Shown here: one piece after another, positions 1 through 7,865 of the stretch
How positions within the stretch are numbered: position 1 is the first letter of the stretch
Layout: each line of letters begins with the position of its first letter
Translations under genes and position numbers: made by a program
Source of the DNA: Azolla caroliniana
Taxonomy: Eukaryota > Plantae > Polypodiophyta
Assembly: GCA_043228905.1 (NCBI GenBank)
Contig: JBHGNT010000987.1
Span: forward strand, 1-13,176
Length of the DNA stretch: 13,176 bases
Direction: 5' to 3'
The notes under the pieces: model-generated
What the model saw: the letters and a program-made list of their open reading frames with translations, nothing else
What the model was told of the DNA's origin: nothing
The model's database searches: none

Positions 1-1211
1 AAACATATAGGAAAATATTAATGTGAATTGGAGGAGTATGGGGGATTTTCATTTGTGATAAGTGAGGATTGACATTGATCAAGTTGTCCAGTTATAATGT
101 CTCATATATTGTCAAGTTAACTTTTAATAAGGCAAAAGTTCAGCATTTTATTGAAAGCATAGAAATGCATTTGGAATTATAGAATTTAGAAAATGTAATG
201 TAGATAGTTTGTTAAATGACGGAAGACAAAATGAAAGCAATGTATACAAAAACACCAACCTCTACCTAATTCACCCTCCCCTCCGTTGTTTTTTCCTATC
301 CAGAATACAACAAATGATCTACTTCATTATATGTACCTTTGTGTCTAGAAAGACATTGCTACATTTCTTTTCCTTCTTTCTCACACACAGTGCATACACA
401 TGCAAAAAAGCATATAAAAAGTACATTGTAAAAATGAAAACGGTTAAAAGATAAGTGATTTTGATTGTTTGATCTATTGAAATCCTTAACACTCAATGGA
501 TAAAAATGGAAGTCCGACTTTTTACCTTGAACACAAAGCAATTTGATTGGTTACATGCTTTGAGAGAGACAACAATGACAATGATGATATATTCACTCTA
601 ATGGGGGTCAACTTGGCCCATGGGACCAACAATCGTTATAAAGAACTATCCTAGAGCAAAAAGAAAATGTAAAAGCTTAAATAAAAAGCAAAGATAGTTT
701 GTGGCCGAATGCATGAGCATAGAGCATGCCTAGTGTCATTTATTGTTTTCTATGGTCTCAAAGACAAATTGATTGAAATCCATGCCTAACATCCTAAAAT
801 GTGAGGCACTCCAAAGTGACATGTTCTTGTGTTTATCATACACTGACACGACATTGGTCACAATCTTTTGTTCTCCTCAAATTACACCTAACTGGAGGTT
901 CTCTTTTGAATGTTTATGTGTGTGCAACAATGTTAATGTGATTGAAGGTGTTGCCCTCTTTGCTATGAGTTTTTGAGTGTGAGATTTATGTTACTGCCTT
1001 ATACTCAAAAGCTCTCATGTGCATGCATAGTGGGAAGCATATTGCTCACAGATGTTCATTCTTCATGTATAGTTGCTCCACATATATCGAGATTTCACTA
1101 TTGGAGAAATCATCCCATTTCTTCCATGCACTCAAATTCGATAGTTCTCCATACCTTTGTAAATTTCTCGGACGGCAAGAGTCAAAGCCGGAGTCCGATG
1201 AGGAGAAGGAA

Positions 1212-1419
1212 AAACTTAAAATTTTGAGGAATTTCAATTCCTCAAATGATGAAAATTTTAGAACTTTTGAGGAATTTCAATTCCTTGAGTGATGTGGGCA
1301 AACTTAGAATTTTGAGAAATTTCAAATCCTCAAGTTATGTTAACCTCAAGGAAATTTCCTTGACAACCATATCAGCATTGTAAAAAATTCCTCGAGTGCC
1401 ACATGGCAATCGAGGAATT
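1212..1419. repeat. Array of palindromic GAGGAATT/AATTCCTC repeats
   Basis: Three 43-45-bp units contain TTTGAGGAATT-TC-AATTCCTCAAA or variants. Perfect palindrome at 1346-1363 and hairpin at 1386-1419. Confidence 0.85.
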
Positions 1420-1765
1420 CCCTCTTTCAAGTTTGTTGCTCAATATCGTCACCATTGCTATAATCGTTCATTGTTGTTGAACATGTTGTCCTATGTTGCC
1501 ACCTACTACCAACCGTTGGTAGTTACAGTCTCCGACCTCATCATTTTGTCGTAGTAGTTGTTGTTGCCCATCACCTTGTATTGTTGTTGTTGCTAGACAT
1601 TCCACATTTTCTGACCTTTTATTTTTTTACCCTTTTAATTAGACCTAAATCAAAACAAACAAAAGAAGACCTACCCGCACATAGACAAATTTTTTTCATC
1701 AAATACCCCTCCCCTTCCTACCAACACAATTTGCATACTTATATACATATATCCTTTTTTTGGGA

Positions 1766-1883
1766 CTACCCATTGTGCCTCAAAGTTGGGGAAAACCATG
1801 GGGACGTGCCTATTAGGAGTGGAACTAGTCAGTCTGGTGCGTTCCAGTCAGTTTTGGGACAATCTATAGGTTGGGACCAATTG
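1766..1883 (+). repeat. Diverged direct repeat of about 120 bp, copy A
   Basis: Shares GCCTCAAAGTT, ACCATG, CTATT, ACTAGTC, AGTTTTGGGA and TATAGGTT in the same order with 2332-2456. Confidence 0.8.
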
Positions 1884-1944
1884 AGGGCACCACATTCATT
1901 CATGCATGCTAGAGCTAGAGCCCCAATCAAGCTTACAAGACCAC

Positions 1945-2214
1945 GTTAAGAACCCTTTTGTCGAATCTGGGTGGTCGTTGCATGTTGTCTCCTGCCAAGG
2001 GGTTCGAGTGAGTAAGTCATTTGCTCACCTTGTTTCCACTTGCGGTGCTTGAGACTTCGTTCCTTGCTTGATGGTAAGGCCATGAGGTGTCTATTTTCTC
2101 CATCGAGTCTTGCTTTTATTGCAAGCTCTCCGAATTGGCCAATTGCTCCACTATGTGGATCACATCCTCCAAGCTTCCCAGTTCAAGTTTGTCCACCTCC
2201 TCTCAGCGAAGGTC
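1945..2214 (-). pseudogene. Possible Gypsy gag C-terminal fragment
   Basis: DLR*EEVDKLELGSLEDVIHIVEQLANSE resembles the LR-EV----P-SL-EAI--AE helix that follows the Gag major homology region. Three stops in 90 codons. Confidence 0.35.
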
Positions 2215-2331
2215 GCAATCCAAAAAGGAACCCATGCAACCTCTCAAAAATGATCCACATTAGTGATTTACAACATAATCCTTCTTTTAGAAATATGTTC
2301 TTATATATGGCTATTGGGACTAGTCACCGGG

Positions 2332-2456
2332 GTAGTCCATTAGGCCTCAAAGTTAGAACTAACCATACCATGAGGGCATGACTATTGGGATTGGGACTAG
2401 TCTGTCTAGTGATTCCTAGTTAGTTTTGGGATAGTTTATAGGTTCAGGACAAACTG
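2332..2456 (+). repeat. Diverged direct repeat of about 120 bp, copy B
   Basis: Collinear with 1766-1883. Confidence 0.8.
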
Positions 2457-2617
2457 CACACATATACAACATTTACATATACGCATTCTAGCACTCTTAC
2501 ATACTACCACTTAACAAATAAATTGAAACTTGCCTTATTAGAATTAAAAAATGTAACATCGACATCCCTTTACATACTCATACTTGAACTTGAACACACA
2601 CGTATACTCACTCACTG

Positions 2618-2620
<3 letters not shown>

Positions 2621-2654
<34 letters not shown>
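2621..2654. repeat. (CA)17 microsatellite
   Basis: Read directly from the sequence. Confidence 0.95.
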
Positions 2655-2658
<4 letters not shown>

Positions 2659-2810
2659 CACAAGCATGTTTAAATATGTTTTTAACATATACGCCCACGG
2701 ATCACGAAAGCTTACACTCAATCGCTAAAAAACCAGGAAAATGAATCCTACTCTTTGAGAAAATGTTGACAACCTTGAGCACTCTATCCTCAAAGTCTCA
2801 ACATTCCCAT

Positions 2811-3011
2811 CCTCTTTGGTTTAGGTCCCCAATGGTCCCGCTCACATGTTCACACTAGCTCAACATTCAACACTCAACACTAGCTCCATGTTTTCATGGC
2901 AACATCAATGAAGTTGAGTGTTGAGCTAGTGTGAATTTGCAGGCCCCACTTGTGAATATGTGGGTGCCTATGAAAGTTTAGCAAGATAAGCAAGGACCTA
3001 AACTAGAGAAG
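2811..3011. mobile_element. Foldback / MITE-like inverted-repeat element
   Basis: 23-bp arms 2849-2871 and 2913-2935 (1 mismatch). Outer arms 2839-2854/2951-2966 match 13 of 16, and 2811-2828/2994-3011 match 15 of 18. No TSD identified. Confidence 0.5.
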
Positions 3012-3646
3012 ACGCTGTCATCGATGAAGGATTGTAGAATATGTCAATACAAGTTAAAGCATACAATCAAATCTTCCCTTTTCTTCTTGTACGAGTGCAC
3101 TCGTAGGTGCATCCGTTGTATGGAAAATATATGATGTAGTAGGCCCCTTTATGTGCAAATGTCTGTAATAATAATAATGCTTTTGTAATAATAATAGTGT
3201 GTGGGCGATTATTGTGTCTAATCATATTTCTCCAGAATGTATGATTATTTTGTTTTATGTGAATGTGCATGTAGGTACATATGTGAGTGTATACATGTGA
3301 TTGTCTAAATGTGTGCTATGTTTTATGTGCTAGAAGTTTTAGATGCTTCAATGAGTATATGTGTGTAAGTGTATTTGTGAATGTATAAAAATGTAGGTGT
3401 GTGTTTGTTATATTTTCTCTTTAAGTGCGCTCATGCATGCATGTCGTGAATATGTGTAAAAGGGTGTGCGCGTAAATGTGTGAATCTGTTCTAAGATGTG
3501 TATGTGTCAAGGAGATAATTATAAGAAAAGATGAATAGTCAAGTGGTTAAGGCTATATAGGGAAGGATTTGAAATTTATTATAAAGGTGAAATGGCTAAA
3601 TGGTTAAGGTAATTCATTGTGTGGGGCAAGATTCAAACTCGAATGA

Positions 3647-3737
3647 TGGTTGTGCCACAATTAGGTTTAGAAAAACAAGTAGCCACTAAGGTGGTTGAGC
3701 CACAATTAGATTTAGAAAAACAAGTAGCCACTAAGGT
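3647..3737. repeat. 45-bp tandem duplication
   Basis: TGGTTG(T/A)GCCACAATTAG(G/A)TTTAGAAAAACAAGTAGCCACTAAGG at 3647 and 3692, with two mismatches. Confidence 0.95.
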
Positions 3738-3739
3738 TA

Positions 3740-4179
3740 TGCACCTCCTTGTGTTCCTAGTTTTACGATTGTATCTTTCATACCGTCCATTATAATCCCG
3801 GTACCAATCATATCTATCATACCGGTCATAGTTGTCCCTGTACCGGACATCTTGTGCCGGTCGGTATCTCTCTTCTCTCCTCCAACGTTCTTCTTCCTCT
3901 TCCTTGGTACTCCGTGGTTCGATTTGCCAAACCGGTGGTGCTTGGTGATTCAACAAATTGTACTTGCACTGCTCCATTGTGTGGTTCCTGGAATGGCACA
4001 GTAGACATTGCGACCGCATGGTACATTCTAGTGCTGAGTGTCCGGCATTTAGACATGTTGTGCATTGAATGGCCTGTCGAAACCAGAGATCCTCATCGGT
4101 TGGTAACGCTCGTTGGAGTGCTCCCATTGTTAGCCAAGAGCTTGTTTTCTCCATTTCTCTAATCCGGTCGATGACCTGG
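3740..4179 (-). pseudogene. gag: Fragment of a different retroelement Gag with two CCHC zinc knuckles and an R/Y/D-rich tail
   Basis: ORF 3633-4232 contains CTTCLNAGHSALEC and CLLCHSRNHTMEQC (both CX2CX4HX4C), then YRDNYDRYDRYDWYRDY. Confidence 0.7.
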
Positions 4180-4788
4180 TAGAGTAGAAGGGTTGAAGGA
4201 TTTGTACCCCTTTCTCTCAAATGAGAACCCAATGATGATGCATTTCTCTAATTTTTCGATCAAGCTTTTGTTGCTTCTCATCAGGAATGTGCACGAATGC
4301 AATTGAGCCAAATATCATAACGTGAGATAAGTTTGACTTCTTCCCAATAATGGTGGGGGTTAAAGTCATGCACTCCGGATGTTGTGCATCAATTCATTAG
4401 GTAAACAATTGTGCATTCTACTTCGGCTCAATATGATTTTGATATGTGCTCCTCATTCAGCATAACTCTTGCTACCTTGAGGATGTACTGATTCTTCTGT
4501 TCAGCTACACTGTTCTATTGTAGTGTATCTCAACACGTAAATTCTTGACTAATTCCTTCTTGCCAGAGATAAGTTGTGAAATCGTTGGAAAAGTACTCTT
4601 TTCCTCTGTTTGATTGAAGGCGCCGAACATGTCAACTCGTTTCTTTTTCGACTCTGCTTTTAAGATTTAGGAAGTTTGAGAACACTTTAGTGACTATTCT
4701 ATTGCATATAAGGGACGATCTAGGTGTGTCTAGTGAAATCGTCGATGAAGGTCACATAATATCGGCATCCTCTGAATGCTACCGTTTG
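4180..4788 (-). pseudogene. pol: Copia integrase core and C-terminal part
   Basis: Hand translation: GCRYYVTFIDDFTRHT*, LQSNRGKEYFSNDF, TLQ*NSVAEQKN, Y*AEV...VYLMN, IFGSIAFVHIPDEKQQKLD, KGYKSFNPST. Confidence 0.9.
4784..4788. repeat. Left 5-bp target site duplication GTTTG of the Gypsy insertion
   Basis: Identical to 10811-10815. Removing the element plus one copy restores the in-frame Copia integrase WGPTQT-VAFRGCRYYVTFIDD. Confidence 0.9.
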
Positions 4789-4819
4789 TGTCATAGACAT
4801 ATGCCACGCCACGATGAAA

Positions 4820-4888
4820 GGTAAGGATTGAACCCAAGACCTCCTCTCCTGGTCTCCATTGGGCAACCCTACCAACTAAACTACATCC
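4820..4888 (-). promoter_or_regulatory. tRNA-like Pol III A-box/B-box module in Gypsy 5' LTR (antisense)
   Basis: Minus strand reads GGATG-TAGTTTAGTTGG-TAGGG...GAGGTCTTG-GGTTCAATCC. A box at 4872-4883, B box at 4825-4834. Confidence 0.6.
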
Positions 4889-4945
4889 ATCTATGCATCT
4901 TTATATAAAATCCAACTTCATGTATGGTAGATTAAATATTGGAAG

Positions 4946-5065
4946 TTCCTAGCTTGCATGCATCCTCATGCATTCTCTATTCCTAGCTTGCATACATCCT
5001 CATGCATTCTCTATTCCTAGCTTGCATGCATCCTCATGCATTCTCTATTTCTAGCTAGCATACAT
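4946..5065 (+). repeat. 34-bp tandem repeat (3 copies plus a partial) in U3 of the Gypsy 5' LTR
   Basis: TTCCTAGCTTGCATGCATCCTCATGCATTCTCTA at 4946, 4980 and 5014, partial at 5048. Only one copy plus a partial in the 3' LTR (10604-10637). Confidence 0.95.
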
Positions 5066-5222
5066 ACCTCTACCTTCTTGTATAAATACTCAAGTGCACC
5101 TTGATTCTAATCCAGGTGAACAACACCAATTACAGAATCATAAGTTAAGTTCTTGTTCTTTCTCTCTCTCCTAGTTCTTAGTCTCGTCTTGGTTCTACTC
5201 TATTATACTCATCTGTATTAGT

Positions 5223-5233
5223 TTGTTCACCTT
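5223..5233 (+). promoter_or_regulatory. Putative self-priming primer binding site TTGTTCACCTT
   Basis: Lies 2 nt after the 5' LTR and has no TGG tRNA-type PBS. Reverse complement AAGGTGAACAA is in the LTR 32 nt after the TATA start (10703-10713 perfect; 5114-5123 matches 10 of 11). Confidence 0.75.
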
Positions 5234-5250
5234 CTCCTCTTCTTGCTACC

Positions 5251-6293
5251 ATGTCCGACTCCATCGACAACCTAAACCAAGTAATGGTAGCCTTGCAACA
5301 ACTTCAACTTGAAAATGAAATCCTTAGGAATCATTATGAGAGCTTCAATCCCGCACATCAAGAAACCCACCACCTGCTGAGCCACAACCGCCGTCGGCAC
5401 CTAGCCCAACAACTTCCTCTTTCCATCCATATGTCCTCGAACCAACCATCAGCCTACCCGACAAAGTCAATGGCATGAGGGGGTATCTTCACGGCTTCAT
5501 CAATCAAATTCAGCTTATCATCTATTTACAATCCCAACAGTATGCTAGTTCGACTTTTCTTGGGTCGACCTCGTCGACTCCCTTCTCTCCGGGCCGGCGC
5601 AAGTGTAGTTTGCACTTCTGGTCGAGACCTCATCCCCTCTCTTAGAAAACTTCATCGCTTTCCTTGATGAGCTCGAAGCTACGTTCCGTGAGACCATCCG
5701 GCAACGAACAACACTCACAAAACTCTATTCCTTCCAACAAGGCTCACGTCCAGCCTTTGTCTACACTTCAAAGTTCCGTCAGATTGCCTACGATGTCAGT
5801 TGGGATGACCAAGACTTATGCAACCATTTTCATCGCGATCTCCGAAAAGATGTCAAGACTCTTCTCTTAAACTTTCCAGAGCCCACATCATTGTCTTAAT
5901 CTCCCAAGCCGTCCAATGTGATAATTATCTGTTCAAACTTCGTCATGAAGAATGTGGGACTCGTGGGTTTCAGCCTTCCTCCCAAAATGCATCAATAGCC
6001 AGGCCTTACATCTCAGTTTCACCCCCCCACGCCAACCTTACCATCACCTAGTGATACTCATACTATGATGGAGGTCGATTCCCATACCCCGATGGAGATC
6101 AATCACGTTCGGTTCCAACCAATAACTAATGCCCAACACCAGCATCATCATGACAATGACCTCTGTCTCTATTGTGGTAACCCCGGCCATGTCATCCTTC
6201 ACTACCCGATGTGGGGCCATCAACACTAATTCGACTGTGCACGTCTTGCGGAGGTTCCTTGACAACAGGAAAAACGACCAAGTCCAACTGTAG
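5251..6293 (+). pseudogene. gag: Gypsy Gag (retrotransposon capsid plus CCHC knuckle), frameshifted
   Basis: Hand translation across frames: MSDSIDNL..., EPTISLPDK, GFINQIQLI, KLYSFQQGSRPAFVYTSKFRQIAYDVSWDD, LRKDVK, PMEINH, and CLYCGNPGHVILHY (6164-6205, last Cys decayed). Confidence 0.85.
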
Positions 6294-6301
6294 TACGAGC
6301 C

Positions 6302-6700
6302 ATGTCATTGAACGCCTCTCATTACCTACCTTCTCCATGCTCCCACAAGTCCGTTCCACCATTAGGAGGGTTTGCTTTGCAAGTACACTCTCATGCTTTG
6401 ATCGACTTCAGACCATCTACGTGTTTTATCAATATATCGTTTGTCCGAGCACATAACATCCCCACCGTCCGCACATCGCAACCCATATCCATTGAGGCGA
6501 TCGACGACCGGGTTCTCTCTTCGAGGGTGATTACAGAACTCACTATCCCATTGGTACTTCAAGTCAGGCCCCACCATAAGGTACTAACGTTCTACCTCAT
6601 TGCAACCCCCCGACATCTGATTGTTTTGGGGCTATCTTGGTTGGAGACACACAATCCAATAGTGGATTGGGGCAACCGCACCATCACTTTTCCAGTGCGG
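6302..6700 (+). pseudogene. pol: Gypsy aspartic protease
   Basis: ORF 6302-6820 has ALIDFRPSTCFI (decayed ALIDSGAS), and IVLGLSWLETHNPIVDW is typical of Ty3/Gypsy proteases. Confidence 0.85.
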
Positions 6701-6884
6701 ACGATTCTGGTTGGGTCACAATACTCTCTTGATTCGATTGCGGCCGATTCCGGTTTGGTCACTACACTGGCTGTTTTGTCATGGGACATCTCTGTTCCTA
6801 TCAAAAAATTTCCCCCATGATAATAGTGACTTTTTGGATATATTTGAGAAGCGAAATGCAAATCGGTTACGGGTCGGTTACCGG

Positions 6885-7654
6885 CACATCACCTCGATGA
6901 TTGCCCAATCGAACTCCAAGTTGGCGAGCATCCACCATTCGGCCCTATTTATGGACTATTTGAACCTGAACTTGAGGCTCTCCGCACATATCTGGCTGAC
7001 AACCTCGCTAAGGGCTTCATTCAACCCTCCAAATCACCGGTCGGGGCCCCAATTTTATTTGTCAAGAAGAAGGACGGTTAATTACGCCTATGTGTGGATT
7101 ATCGGGGTCTCAACAAAGTTACAGTGCGTAATTGTTATTCCTTGCCCTTAATTCCAGCGCTCCTCGATCGACTCCAAACCGGGCGTATCTTCTCCAAAAT
7201 CAACCTGCGGGGAGCCTACAATCTGGTGCGCATCAAGGCTAGGAACAAGTGGAAAACGGCCTTTCAGACACACTATGGGCATTTCGAGTACAAGGTGATG
7301 CCTTTTGGTCTTACCAACGCCCTAACAGTCTTCCAGCACATGATGAACGATATATTTCAAGAGTACCTCGATCAATTCGTGGTAATCTACCTTGACGACA
7401 TCCAAGTTTTTTCTTCCAACTTAGAGAAGCACACACAACACGTATGGTTGGTTCTAACCAAACTTCGGGAATATGGGCTTTACGCCAAAAGTGAGAAATG
7501 TGAATTCAATCGAACCTCTATCGAATTCCTGGGTTACATGATCTCACCCACTGGGATCACAATGGATGAGCGCAAGGTAGTGGCAATCACCGATTGGCCT
7601 CTCCCGACTCGACTGAAAGAGGTAATCATTTCTTGGTTTCGCAAATTTCTATAG
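6885..7654 (+). pseudogene. pol: Gypsy reverse transcriptase
   Basis: [57 protein letters not shown], YLDD (7388-7399), FLGYMIS. In-frame TAA at 7079-7081. Confidence 0.95.
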
Positions 7655-7865
7655 ACGATTTATAAACGGGTTTTCTTCCCTTGTGCAATCTCTCATCCAA
7701 CTTACTCAAAAAGATACTCTATTTCTCTGGACCCCCGTGGCACAAAATGCTTTTGATTCCCTCAAAGCAGCTTTTCTCTCACCCCTTGTGTTGATCCACC
7801 CCGATCCCACGAGACCCTTCCAGGTTGAAACCGACGCCTCCGACTTTGCCATTGGCGCAATTTTG
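7655..7865 (+). pseudogene. pol: Gypsy RT connection and RNase H N-terminal part (interrupted by solo LTR)
   Basis: AFDSLKAAFLSPLVLIHPDPTRPFQVETDASDFAIGAIL, then an abrupt switch to non-coding sequence at 7866. Confidence 0.9.

Larger units (their letters stand above)
4789..5220 (+). repeat. Gypsy 5' LTR (432 bp)
   Basis: Aligns end to end with 10452-10810. Hand count gives about 28 substitutions plus 5-bp and 68-bp indels. TATAAATA at 5081-5088. Terminal CA has decayed to TA. Confidence 0.92.

Noticed and set aside
209-1292. Short ORFs in the AT-rich left flank
   Set aside because: No recognisable domains, mostly non-ATG starts and low-complexity translations; one runs into the palindromic array. 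I cannot exclude small exons or UTRs.
1938-1953. ACCACGTTAAGAA resembling the Copia PBS/LTR junction at 12539-12551
   Set aside because: Similarity does not extend on either side, so it is not the missing Copia 3' LTR.
2457-3510. Large inverted repeat between the CA-rich (2457-2700) and TG-rich (3250-3510) tracts
   Set aside because: Only compositional mirroring; the short matches found are not in inverted collinear order.
3633-4232. 199-aa ORF as a genuine host zinc-finger gene
   Set aside because: Its start (TTG) lies in out-of-frame Copia integrase sequence and its end in a 45-bp tandem repeat, so it is best explained as a Gag remnant.
4820-4888. Functional tRNA gene
   Set aside because: Acceptor, D and anticodon stems do not pair; only promoter-box-like motifs and a partial T arm remain.
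5221-5225. GTTTG after the 5' LTR suggesting the LTRs extend 5 bp further
   Set aside because: GTTTG at both outer ends belongs to the Copia reading frame as a TSD. The internal GTTTG overlaps the self-priming site, so I treat it as coincidence.
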